Shown: positions 16,678 through 25,674 of the stretch, piece after piece
Layout of the letters: the number at the start of each line of letters is the position of its first letter
Position numbering within the stretch: the first letter of the stretch is position 1
Virus genome (UHGV): UHGV-0038300
Source: a virus
Length of the DNA stretch: 39,892 nt
Strand: one strand, 5' to 3'
The notes under the pieces: model-generated
Databases searched by the model: none
What the model saw: only the letters and a program-made list of their open reading frames with translations
What the model was told of the DNA's origin: nothing
Position numbers and translations under genes: made by a program

Positions 16678-19148
16678 CAGAATCCCCCAACAGTAAGGCG
16701 AGGAATAACGGCAAGAACAGACAGCGGCAACGGGTCAAGCTGACGGATTCTTACACGTCCGTTTTTGCCCCAGTTACTGTCCAGTTTCACTTCTACTTTT
16801 CCGGTAGCGTCATCAACAGGATCATCGTAGAACTCGAATTCACGCTGTGGATATTCGTACCATTTACCGCCGGGCGTAGTCGCCCAGATGCCGCGACTGG
16901 CATTCACAACCAGAGTAACGGACGGGATCACCTGTTTTTTGTCCAGCAGCGTTTCCTGTCCGTTAATGTTGATATCCAGTGTTTCGAATTCAGCAGTTAT
17001 TGGCAGGCCGATGTGCACAACAGCCCCAGGTGATTCCAGCGTGACGGCACCTCCGGAAACCACTTTCTGTGGTTCCACGTTCGCATCAGAAAGAATGTTT
17101 ACGGTCTGGCCTTCAAGATGAGACAGGCCTCCAAATGTCCGGCGCGCCATCTGCCAGTTCGTGGTGGCCACATTCCTGAGGGATGGCGGGACGTTCCTGT
17201 TAGCACGAACCACTACAGCGGTATTGCTGGTTACAGAAATAATGTCGCAACGTAATTCTTTTGACACTTCATCGCCAGTATCAGGATCAGTTCCGGTATA
17301 AGGGAACTGTAGTTGCGCGCCGACATCACTACTGGTGAAGTACGCACCACCAGAAACACTGATTGTATATTCCGCACGGTAATCCCATTCACCAGAACCA
17401 CCAGTGATGGTCATCGTTCTGTCAGACGTATTTCTTCCATCATAGCTAAGGCCAGAATCAACAAAGAAAGCATCTTCATCGCTGGTAAATAAACGGCTGG
17501 ACAGCCGCTCGATGTATCTCACTGTTTGCCCGTTAACGGTTCGGTTAACGACGAAATACACCGCATCTTCATTGCCTTCGCTGATACTGCATGTGCTTTC
17601 ATATTTTCCGGTACTGGATTGTGGTGCCCATGCAAAAACCTGCTGATCACGCAAATAGGTCATCACCAGTAATTTACCGTCATCACGAATGCAGAAGGCG
17701 CTGGAGTAAGGGACAATAGAGAAGCACCAGTCAACAATGCTGTGCTTCTGAAAAAGATGATTGGCAAGGATGGTCAGGTCGTTCCCCTGATAGCCGTCAA
17801 CATCGAATGAGTAGGCCAGATCGCGGACAACACTGCCTTTCTCCTGGACGAACAGAGCAATATTCGCCACGGCAATTGGTGGGACATTGCTCGAGCCATT
17901 TGATCCCTGAGAGCTGAATGCAAATGATGATGGGGTTAATACTTTGTTCTGGTCGCCGGTGATGACGTACTCACCTCCGGAAGTCAGCGCCACCAGCGAA
18001 CCAACATCAATCAGGTGGCGGATCTCATTAACCTGACGCCCGGCATAGGTGTAGATAATTCTGTCGTCATCCTGCGTAGGATTGCTTTTGCCAAAATCCT
18101 TATAATCCCCAGTACGGCTGGCCCAGATAGTCTGAGGGAACGCAGTCGATGCGGCGAAGTAAAGACGTTGTTGATAATAAACAACAGTGCCAGGATAACC
18201 GTTAATACTGTTCCAGGCATATTTAGCCCATTTATAGCTGGCATTATCCTCGCCAACTACCTGCGAAGGGATATAGGAAATCACCTCGGCAGTTGCAGTA
18301 GTTCCATTTGCAGCAGTGATACGGGCAATGCCAAAACCACTGTGCAGATATTCCCACTCAATGCCAGTATCATCATCTCCGGATCCGCCCCAGCCATCCC
18401 ATGATGTGCCTTCTGTATGCGAAGGGCGCAAAGTGCCTGTTTTACCTGCCGTAACAGCGCGATAGTAGTTACTGTCTGCACGGCGAATATCGCCAATCGA
18501 CGTACTCTTACTGGTTTCCCATACCGGTACTGAATCCACTGCTGGCTGTTCCAGATAGAACAATTTGCCTACCTGTTCCGCGCCAAAAATAGAGGAGTTT
18601 GCCGTTAACGTAATTGTCCCGGTGCTGGCGCTGGCATAAACCGTCACTGACTCGTCAATATTGATATCTTCAAATGGCCCGTTCTTCGTTACCACATCAA
18701 CCAGTTGCCAGTTGTCATGCGCATAGCGGCGCAACTCTTTCGGCGGGTATGCCGGGTGAACCAGCGTAAGCACGTCGGCGCTTTGCGTAAATTTAATTCG
18801 GAACAGATCAGCTTCAGTATATGGCGTGGCAATTTCATAAATAACATTGCTGCTGTTCAGCACTAACGCACCATCTTTGATAACGCGCATGTACTGGTGT
18901 CCGAACTCCAGAGCATAGGTCTGAACCGTCGAGAACTGGAACGGGATCAGGCGGCATTTCCGATTTGGGTATTTGGCGGCACCAACAAAACGCGTACCAG
19001 GTCGATTCTCAACGCCGCCATACTGCCGCACGATAAAGTTATCGCACTTGCGCAATGCCACCTGGTACTTCGCCATGTCGATACGACCGTACAACGACGC
19101 TCCAATCTCACCACCGGCAAAGCTGGGCTGGATCCAACTGATAGCCAT
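16677..19148 (-). CDS. Tail hub / tail tubular protein B-like (gp12-position)
   Basis: 823-aa ORF directly after the adaptor-like gene, matching the size and position of podovirus tail tubular protein B; assignment is by synteny and size only. Confidence 0.5.
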   Translation of the reverse strand: MAISWIQPSFAGGEIGASLYGRIDMAKYQVALRKCDNFIVRQYGGVENRPGTRFVGAAKYPNRKCRLIPFQFSTVQTYALEFGHQYMRVIKDGALVLNSSNVIYEIATPYTEADLFRIKFTQSADVLTLVHPAYPPKELRRYAHDNWQLVDVVTKNGPFEDINIDESVTVYASASTGTITLTANSSIFGAEQVGKLFYLEQPAVDSVPVWETSKSTSIGDIRRADSNYYRAVTAGKTGTLRPSHTEGTSWDGWGGSGDDDTGIEWEYLHSGFGIARITAANGTTATAEVISYIPSQVVGEDNASYKWAKYAWNSINGYPGTVVYYQQRLYFAASTAFPQTIWASRTGDYKDFGKSNPTQDDDRIIYTYAGRQVNEIRHLIDVGSLVALTSGGEYVITGDQNKVLTPSSFAFSSQGSNGSSNVPPIAVANIALFVQEKGSVVRDLAYSFDVDGYQGNDLTILANHLFQKHSIVDWCFSIVPYSSAFCIRDDGKLLVMTYLRDQQVFAWAPQSSTGKYESTCSISEGNEDAVYFVVNRTVNGQTVRYIERLSSRLFTSDEDAFFVDSGLSYDGRNTSDRTMTITGGSGEWDYRAEYTISVSGGAYFTSSDVGAQLQFPYTGTDPDTGDEVSKELRCDIISVTSNTAVVVRANRNVPPSLRNVATTNWQMARRTFGGLSHLEGQTVNILSDANVEPQKVVSGGAVTLESPGAVVHIGLPITAEFETLDININGQETLLDKKQVIPSVTLVVNASRGIWATTPGGKWYEYPQREFEFYDDPVDDATGKVEVKLDSNWGKNGRVRIRQLDPLPLSVLAVIPRLTVGGF

Positions 19149-19753
19149 CAGGACAACCTCGCAATGGTAAACTCGTCAACCGGTGGCTGTGGTTCCTGTG
19201 ATTCATTCTGGCTATGCGAACCAGCACTAAGAATCACGCGATTGTACATATTGAGGGCAAACGTACCGAGGTCTGCATTCCCAGTCAGCGCCATGTTAAT
19301 AGCTGCCGCAAGACGCCAGGCCAGCGCCTCCATAAAAATGGCATCAAACATGTTCACATCTGTAACACGAGAGACATACTTGAGCCATGCCTGCGGCTGG
19401 TCTGTGTAGATCAACTTTCCTGTTCCGTTGGCGTCTGCACCAACTTCGTACTGAACACGCATTGCTGCTGTTGGATTGCGTACACCAGGAAGCATAATTT
19501 CAGTAATGCGCAGACAATCGGACGGGTACTGGTATGCGTATTCCCAGTCTGGCGGCGGATTGTTCGTATCTGCAAGCGCCACGCGTTTGGTAGCAAAGTT
19601 CCAGTCAAAATCAGAAAGCACAGCATCACGGCAGGCCTCAAAGTGCAGCGAACATTCCCCCGCTTCCTTACTGGCTTCCGTCAGGCTGTTAATGCTGCGG
19701 CTGTTGCCAATATTGGACAGCGCACGATTACAGATCTCTACTACAGAGGCCAT
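19148..19753 (-). CDS. Head-tail adaptor / tail tubular protein A-like (gp11-position)
   Basis: 201 aa; N-terminal pattern ...N.ALS.IG.....SL.E... resembles the T7 gp11 N-terminus; gene order. Confidence 0.45.
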   Translation of the reverse strand: MASVVEICNRALSNIGNSRSINSLTEASKEAGECSLHFEACRDAVLSDFDWNFATKRVALADTNNPPPDWEYAYQYPSDCLRITEIMLPGVRNPTAAMRVQYEVGADANGTGKLIYTDQPQAWLKYVSRVTDVNMFDAIFMEALAWRLAAAINMALTGNADLGTFALNMYNRVILSAGSHSQNESQEPQPPVDEFTIARLS

Positions 19754-20082
19754 TACTCACCCCCATTGCCGTACAGAGTTTCAGCCGCTGATTTTTCTAC
19801 ATCCCCGGAAACAGGAGCGATCGCCATATCAGTGATCTGCAGATCGACGCTGCGATTAACACCATCGTCAGTTTCTCTGGCAGACAGGCCTCGAATAACA
19901 GCCTTTGCAGTTATCATCACTTCTGTTCCGACGCCCTGAGGTTGCGCCTTCAGCTTATTCAATGTGTCGTTATTAAGAGTGATGCACAGCCCCCACGGGT
20001 ATTCATCGCGAGTTCTGGTTTCTCCGCTCTCATCCTGGTAGCTGTCAGTGCCGGTTTTGAGGTTTACGAGTTCCATATACAC
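19753..20082 (-). CDS. Hypothetical head/neck protein
   Basis: 109-aa ORF within the structural operon with tight packing. Confidence 0.4.
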   Translation of the reverse strand: MYMELVNLKTGTDSYQDESGETRTRDEYPWGLCITLNNDTLNKLKAQPQGVGTEVMITAKAVIRGLSARETDDGVNRSVDLQITDMAIAPVSGDVEKSAAETLYGNGGE

Positions 20083-20126
20083 TCCTGCAATAAAGGGGCC
20101 GAAGCCCCTTGTCTGATTCGCGAGGC

Positions 20127-20471
20127 TTACACGCCCAGTTCTTTACGCTTATCTGCGATCTTCTCGCGGAGCGTTTCGGCTTTGGCGTTATGGTGTGGCT
20201 TCTCGTTAAAGAGCAATTCGTACTCTTCACGGAGCTTATCCAGTTCACCATCATCTGACACATCGTTGATGATTTTGGTGCTGGTTGCTGCCATAGACAC
20301 CTTTCCTGCTACCTTTGCTTTTGCCTGTCTGGCTGCATCGTTAACAGGTTCCAGTGCGCTACCAGGCTCACCTTCGTATTCGATTTCTGCCCCCTCCGGC
20401 CACAGTGTGTTATGGATATGAGAGAGGCGCAGAACGCGGTATCTTGGTTTCTCACCTGACATCGAAATCAC
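20127..20471 (-). CDS. Hypothetical structural protein
   Basis: 114-aa ORF within the structural operon. Confidence 0.4.
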   Translation of the reverse strand: MISMSGEKPRYRVLRLSHIHNTLWPEGAEIEYEGEPGSALEPVNDAARQAKAKVAGKVSMAATSTKIINDVSDDGELDKLREEYELLFNEKPHHNAKAETLREKIADKRKELGV

Positions 20472-20472
20472 C

Positions 20473-20910
20473 TTAACCAGTTACTTTTGAGCGGATCGGG
20501 TACGGCGTATTGGCATCAACATCAAGATTGATACCCGCAGTGAATTTGCCAGCCGTTAGTGGGCCAGTTGCGACGGAGTAGTTAACACGCAGATATCGCT
20601 GAACACCGGCAGGCACCTTTGCAGAAACAACTCGTTTACCTGCTGTCAGGGTAGCCTTTGCCAGTGCGCCACTATCATAAATAGTGGACCATGAGCTGTT
20701 ATTCTCACTCGTCTGCAACTGGATGTTTACAGTTGCCTCACCACTTGCCGTGGCGGCTTCGTTAACCAGCGCCCAAAACTCAAGCGGGTAACCCACGCCG
20801 ATATCGCGACGATTTCCATCAATTGGACCTAGATCGATTACGTCAGTAGAAGCCGCGGTATCAGTTACCGCCTGTGCTTCGGAGAACATCAACAGTTTGT
20901 CGGTGATCAT
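20473..20910 (-). CDS. Possible capsid decoration / minor capsid protein
   Basis: 145-aa ORF immediately downstream of the major capsid gene. Confidence 0.4.
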   Translation of the reverse strand: MITDKLLMFSEAQAVTDTAASTDVIDLGPIDGNRRDIGVGYPLEFWALVNEAATASGEATVNIQLQTSENNSSWSTIYDSGALAKATLTAGKRVVSAKVPAGVQRYLRVNYSVATGPLTAGKFTAGINLDVDANTPYPIRSKVTG

Positions 20911-20961
20911 CTTCTTTCTCCATTAGTGGGTCTGTTACGACCCACTGGTTAATAACAGGCG

Positions 20962-21954
20962 TTACACCACACGGGCTTCTGTTTCCAGAAGCGCATCAGT
21001 TTCACGGATTGGTACACCACGGAATGAAGTCCACCACTCGCCTTCTGTCTCTTTTACGCTGATCGCCAGAGATGTTTTCTCCAGAGATTGCAGATCAAGA
21101 GCCTGGCCTACAGTGCGGTTCATGTAGAACACCGGGCGACCCATTCCACGGTTTGGAATGCGATGCAGTGCTTTAACCATCAACTTCGCAATATTTGCGG
21201 CAGAGGAAGGTTCTGAAAGATTGCTGACATCGATGTTTGCAATGCGAACAACATAACGCCAGTCACGCAGAGCAAGTCCGTTGTCCCATTTGTAATGGGT
21301 GCGATAGCCTTCGTACTTGCCGCCATTAGCATCTTCCAGTGTCACCTGGCCTTTATCTTCCATCTGGATGCCAGCCTTCTGCCCTTTCGGGAAGATGCCA
21401 TGCACGGTGTTTTCGCCCCACACCACTAACCAGATTGAGGTGTTATCTGTACCCGTGCCACCAGCATCAATGATGTTCTGAGCATTACCCGCAGACAGGC
21501 TGGAATAGCGGGAGGACAGTCCCATAAACTGCTGAGGGTTAACGCTGGAATCACCATAAAACAGCGTCTGCGCCATCTGCTGATTCATCGCTTCAATAAA
21601 TGCGCGGTCTTCAGACAGGCGGAATTCAGCGGTATTGCCGTTCAGATCAGCCAGTGACTTATCGACTTCAGCATAGGTTTCCAGCATGCCAACGGAATCG
21701 GTTACCTGCACTGTGGTTGATTTGCTTGGCTGTACGCCATAGTTCAGCAAACGCCAGGTAGCTGAAGGTAAACCAGAACGAATGGTGGTTCGGTGTCCGG
21801 TAGGAAGGTTCCCTTCGACAAAAGGCATATCCTGAAGGATCGGGTTAGTTTGACCGAGAAGCTCGATAATCTTATCGACTTTCCCGTTTGGATCGACGCG
21901 CTTACCCCAGTCAGCCAGCGTTAGCGCAGTTAAGCCTTTAACAGCCATTGTCAT
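20962..21954 (-). CDS. Major capsid protein
   Basis: 330-aa ORF following the scaffold gene; size, position and composition typical of HK97-fold major capsid proteins of podoviruses. Confidence 0.75.
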   Translation of the reverse strand: MTMAVKGLTALTLADWGKRVDPNGKVDKIIELLGQTNPILQDMPFVEGNLPTGHRTTIRSGLPSATWRLLNYGVQPSKSTTVQVTDSVGMLETYAEVDKSLADLNGNTAEFRLSEDRAFIEAMNQQMAQTLFYGDSSVNPQQFMGLSSRYSSLSAGNAQNIIDAGGTGTDNTSIWLVVWGENTVHGIFPKGQKAGIQMEDKGQVTLEDANGGKYEGYRTHYKWDNGLALRDWRYVVRIANIDVSNLSEPSSAANIAKLMVKALHRIPNRGMGRPVFYMNRTVGQALDLQSLEKTSLAISVKETEGEWWTSFRGVPIRETDALLETEARVV

Positions 21955-21962
21955 TTCCTCTC

Positions 21963-22664
21963 TTATTTGCCATAGAGCACTTCGGCCGCACTACGCTGGC
22001 CTTCATTACCACCGGTGACCATGCCATCTTCAGACATCGCCTTTCCGATTTTCACGAACATTTTGACCAGATCAGGGTGATTACCCAGCCCGGTGGTGTT
22101 CAGATATTCTTTGAGTTCAGGTGTCCCGAACTGGTCAAGCGCACGCTGTGCGGCGCTAAGGTTAGAAATCAACTTGTCGCCACCGATTTCTTTGTCAGCT
22201 TTTACATCCGCAGCCCACTGCTCGGTTGTTTTCTGCCAGGCTTCTGCCTGGCGCTGCTGAACACCTGCCAGAATCTTCGGATAAGCATCAACCAGCTTTT
22301 GCGCTTGCTCGTTGGTCAGGTTAAGTTCTCGCGCCACCGGCTCGAATTCCTTCAACGCTTCTGTATCCAGCTCTACGCCTTCGGCAGCCTGAAACTCGTA
22401 CTTCTCAGGCGCACCCTCTGGTTTATCGCCGTCCTTTTTTTCATCCTGCTTATCGTTTTCAGGCTTTTTGTCATCAGCAGGTTTATCGCCATCAGCAACA
22501 GGTTGTGGCTTATCACCTTCCTGTTGTGATGGATCACCAACTGGAGCAGGGTTATCACCTGCAGGCGCTGACGGTTCTGACGCAGCCGGAGCTGCTCCAC
22601 CATCGACTGGTTGCTCATTGCAAAGACGGCGATACAGCAAACGCTCAAATAAATTCATGATCAC
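21963..22664 (-). CDS. Scaffolding protein
   Basis: Acidic, Pro/Ala/Asp/Lys-rich low-complexity N-terminal half and helical C-terminal half, between the portal and capsid genes. Confidence 0.65.
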   Translation of the reverse strand: MIMNLFERLLYRRLCNEQPVDGGAAPAASEPSAPAGDNPAPVGDPSQQEGDKPQPVADGDKPADDKKPENDKQDEKKDGDKPEGAPEKYEFQAAEGVELDTEALKEFEPVARELNLTNEQAQKLVDAYPKILAGVQQRQAEAWQKTTEQWAADVKADKEIGGDKLISNLSAAQRALDQFGTPELKEYLNTTGLGNHPDLVKMFVKIGKAMSEDGMVTGGNEGQRSAAEVLYGK

Positions 22665-22957
22665 TCCTGTTCACTGGCCTCTTTGGCCATCTTCAAATAC
22701 TGTTCAGGGCAATGCGCCATAACGCGCTGAAACAGTTCCAGCGCCAGATTGCGTTGCCCCTCATTAAATGCCATTGCCATAGCGTCCATCGGTGAGATAG
22801 CGGAAAACACACGGCCTTTCTCCAGCACAGACCAGACAACGCGACGCCCCTGTTCACTGCTCATGACAAAGCGAATGTCATCAATTTCACGCTGTGCCAT
22901 GTCACGTTGCGTACGGGCGTTTTCTTCTTTCAGTTGATCGTCTTCGTAATCTGTCAT
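22661..22957 (-). CDS. Small hypothetical head protein
   Basis: 98-aa ORF overlapping the portal stop and scaffold start. Confidence 0.45.
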   Translation of the reverse strand: MTDYEDDQLKEENARTQRDMAQREIDDIRFVMSSEQGRRVVWSVLEKGRVFSAISPMDAMAMAFNEGQRNLALELFQRVMAHCPEQYLKMAKEASEQE

Positions 22958-24633
22958 TGTGATTGCCCACCCTGACCACTAACTGCATTCGCCATAGCTG
23001 ACAACACACTCGGATCCGAAGTTTTAGCTTCGCTTAGCGTCTTGGCCCCCTGTGCCGCCGCCATCCCCATCGCCATCATTTGTTGCTGCTGTTGTTGCTG
23101 TGCCCGTTGCTGGCGAGCCTGCTCAACCTGTTCCTGCGGAACAATGACGGTTGGAGACACTCCGGACATATCAGCGAATGCATCGATCGCCTGATCAACG
23201 TTGAGTTTGTCGAGAGCTTCTGGTTTCGCTTGCGCAAGTTGACCAATGAAGTTGACCGTAGACGCCAGACTGGACAAGCCGATAGACTTCTGCGCCTGAG
23301 CCATGACGGAAATGTATTCGACCTTCAGGGGCATACCTTCCATCACGTCTGGCGGTGGCGGCAGCATGTTTTTACGCACCATCATCGAGAAAGAGCGATC
23401 AATGAGAGGATTAAGACATTCGTCGTTCAGGCGCTCCAGAACCGGCCCCAACATCAGAAGTTTTTCTTCTTTCATTTCGATCACCGCTTCCACAGGCATC
23501 GAGCGGGTATTGATGTTCTGCAACATCATGAACAGATCGACAAAGTAGGCGCTGTTAATGATTTGACGAGTGTCCTGAATGTCTGCCACCAAATCTGCTG
23601 TACTGGGGTTAACCAGATAAGCAGGCCTGAAACCATCCTGACCAGTAATCTGATCGATATACGTGATGTCGCCAGGAAGAAGGGAGGCACGCTGATTCTT
23701 GAGGGAAGTCGGAGCAACCATCGGCGGATTGGTGGCTTTATCAATCAACTGCGACTTGCGCTTCTGGAGAAGCTGCAATGCCTTAACAGGTCCAAGCGCC
23801 AGCATACCCGGGCATGATGATCCATAAACATCTTCGCCGTTAACTTCCCAGCGCGGAGCCATAATTGGAAACTCATCGAATCCTGACTCACGCAACAACT
23901 TGTCGTTATCGCCACCAACCTCGTAATAAACCGATTTGAATGGCTTGTTCTTGCTATCCAGCTTCGATGTATCGCGGTCAATGTTCGGGTAAACCGAATG
24001 CATCACTTCAATCCACTTCTCGTAGGTGCCGCTTTCCCACATGCTTTTTACGGATTCGCTGACGTTATTTAGCCCGAACTCCTGAACAAGCTGACGAACA
24101 GTCATAGAGAACTTACGAAAACATGTGTCCACACTGCCACGAGGTGAGTTAGCCAGGTAGTAACTACCTATCGGGAATGGCATTGTGCGAATTATGTCCT
24201 CGTCATCCTCCAGCACCGCCATTGCACCAGTGCTGTATGTGCCGAGGCTTCCGTATAACTGCGGAAGAGACTGGTAGAGATTCGACTTATTGAACATATC
24301 GTTCATGCGGTTCTGAACTGCCTCAAGCCACAACTTAACAGGGCCATAATCCATCATTTCAGGATCTGGCGTAGCCAGGCGAAACCACGGACGCACGGGG
24401 CTTGTGATGCCTGACATCATGCCGCTGGCGAGAGTGCGCGCCGCCATAGTCCCGGTCGAATCAATAATGCGTGTATTGCGCCGATCGTTACGGTTGGCCT
24501 CAGAAGTCAGAAAGCGGGAACCACGCGGGTTGATGTAATCACTCAACTCGCGCCAGTGCGGCTCGAACGACTGACGCTCGCTTTCAAGTTGTGCGAACTG
24601 TTTGTTCAATCGCTCTTTAGTTGTTTCCGCCAT
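22954..24633 (-). CDS. Portal protein
   Basis: 559-aa ORF upstream of scaffold and capsid with a Gln-rich C-terminal tail; size and position as for podovirus portal proteins. Confidence 0.75.
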   Translation of the reverse strand: MAETTKERLNKQFAQLESERQSFEPHWRELSDYINPRGSRFLTSEANRNDRRNTRIIDSTGTMAARTLASGMMSGITSPVRPWFRLATPDPEMMDYGPVKLWLEAVQNRMNDMFNKSNLYQSLPQLYGSLGTYSTGAMAVLEDDEDIIRTMPFPIGSYYLANSPRGSVDTCFRKFSMTVRQLVQEFGLNNVSESVKSMWESGTYEKWIEVMHSVYPNIDRDTSKLDSKNKPFKSVYYEVGGDNDKLLRESGFDEFPIMAPRWEVNGEDVYGSSCPGMLALGPVKALQLLQKRKSQLIDKATNPPMVAPTSLKNQRASLLPGDITYIDQITGQDGFRPAYLVNPSTADLVADIQDTRQIINSAYFVDLFMMLQNINTRSMPVEAVIEMKEEKLLMLGPVLERLNDECLNPLIDRSFSMMVRKNMLPPPPDVMEGMPLKVEYISVMAQAQKSIGLSSLASTVNFIGQLAQAKPEALDKLNVDQAIDAFADMSGVSPTVIVPQEQVEQARQQRAQQQQQQQMMAMGMAAAQGAKTLSEAKTSDPSVLSAMANAVSGQGGQSQ

Positions 24634-24647
24634 TTCAATGACTCCGG

Positions 24648-24854
24648 TTACTGACCAAGCAGCGTTTTACCGCTGGTATTAGCGGTTGATGTGTCGCCCT
24701 GAGAACCGGTAAGCAGCGTAGAACTACGACCAGCAGCAGCGCGACGGCGACGTGTTTCTTCGTCGCGGGCATCAACAACGGCGGCATCCTGCTCCTGTGG
24801 TGCTGCCTGAACTTCTGGTGTTGCAGGCACTGATGGTGAGCTACCCATGCACAT
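24648..24854 (-). CDS. Small hypothetical protein upstream of the portal gene
   Basis: 68-aa ORF with a GGAG RBS 8 nt upstream; low-complexity sequence, so weak. Confidence 0.3.
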   Translation of the reverse strand: MCMGSSPSVPATPEVQAAPQEQDAAVVDARDEETRRRRAAAGRSSTLLTGSQGDTSTANTSGKTLLGQ

Positions 24855-24943
24855 ATCAATGACTCCGTACGCAATTAAATTATTACCAATTTAACCACAT
24901 ATGATTTATTTATCGTAGACAGTTGACATTTAACGCACGAATT

Positions 24944-24960
24944 ATTACCTTTCAGGTAAG
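24944..24960. promoter_or_regulatory. 17-bp operator-like site ATTACC-TTTCA-GGTAAG
   Basis: Member of the dispersed site family; 16 bp downstream of a TTGACA hexamer (24923-24928) in the non-coding region upstream of the tRNA. Confidence 0.5.
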
Positions 24961-25281
24961 CAAAGAGTTCATTCCGGTTATTAACCTGACTGGCTTGTCG
25001 TTAAATTGAACAGGTGGGGTGAGCTTTTATTTTGAGCAGTACGGTGTATGGCACATGCGCCGATAGCGGTCTGGATACGTTTAAGGGGCACCCTCCCTTG
25101 CTCGGGCAAACGAACCAGGTAGCCGGAATGTGCAAGTCGAGCGGTTTTATTCCGCGCACGGGGATTCACCATCCCGGCGATTCGGTGTGACACCTCGGAA
25201 GAGACGAGGGTACAACGATGAGAGCATTTATGGAGCCGCGACAAAGTGTGGCGCCTTAACAGGCTAAGTGCTCTCAGCGTT

Positions 25282-25358
25282 GTGGCATTAGCTCAGTCGG
25301 ACAGAGCAACCGCCTTCTAAGCGGTTGGTCGCAGGTTCGAATCCTGCATGCCACGCCA
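25282..25358 (+). tRNA. tRNA-Arg (anticodon UCU, reads AGA), 77 nt with encoded CCA
   Basis: Hand-folded cloverleaf: acceptor gtggcat/atgccac, D-stem gctc/gagc, anticodon stem accgc/gcggt with loop cTTCTAa (U33, A37), T-arm gcagg-TTCGAAT-cctgc, discriminator G, CCA. Confidence 0.85.
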
Positions 25359-25587
25359 GAATCACGCCTAAGGACCGTGATGCCAGAAGTTCCAGGTGCT
25401 TGGCGGTGATGGTTTCCCTTGAGGGACTATCACCGCCCTTTTTACAGCAGGACGCCATTGCGATGACTTCATGCTGTAAACCCGTACAGCCACGGAAGGC
25501 AAAACTCATTGCTTCCAGTTCGCCCGGTTCGCCGGGCATTTTTTTAAGGTGTGAATCATGAAATACGAATTCGATGGATTTTGATGT

Positions 25588-25601
25588 CGTGACATGTCAC
25601 A
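25588..25601. repeat. Palindrome cGTGACATGTCACa, copy 2 of 3
   Basis: Same 12-bp core as at 8706-8719 and 27853-27866; directly next to a terminator hairpin. Confidence 0.7.
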
Positions 25602-25604
25602 AAC

Positions 25605-25631
25605 AGCCAGCCGATGAGCTGGCTTTGTTTT
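25605..25631. terminator. Bidirectional rho-independent terminator between tRNA-Arg and the large terminase gene
   Basis: Stem agccagc (25605-25611) / gctggct (25618-25624) followed by ttgtttt; T-rich on the opposite strand as well. Confidence 0.6.
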
Positions 25632-25674
25632 ATCCTCATCAGAGGATATCAACGACATTATCCCCTCAAGCGGA

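Noticed and set aside
9289-24000. Numerous 60-245-aa ORFs on either strand inside the large structural genes (for example 9289-9474, 12303-12608, 14997-15614, 19214-19939, 23080-23817)
   Set aside because: They are embedded in or antisense to long, tightly packed structural ORFs and have biased, low-complexity translations; typical shadow ORFs.
24923-24960. Confident sigma70 promoter call from the TTGACA at 24923-24928
   Set aside because: No acceptable -10 hexamer at 16-18 bp spacing (the best candidates overlap the operator-like site with poor matches); kept only as a note within the tRNA finding.
25309-25325. Alternative reading of the tRNA anticodon loop as TTCTAAG, giving anticodon CUA (amber suppressor)
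   Set aside because: That register gives a non-canonical loop with a 4-bp stem; the accgc/gcggt stem with loop cTTCTAa gives canonical U33 and A37 and anticodon UCU (Arg).
25288-25539. Minus-strand 83-aa ORF across the tRNA
   Set aside because: It is antisense to the tRNA gene and terminator, with no translation signals; an artefact of tRNA secondary-structure sequence.
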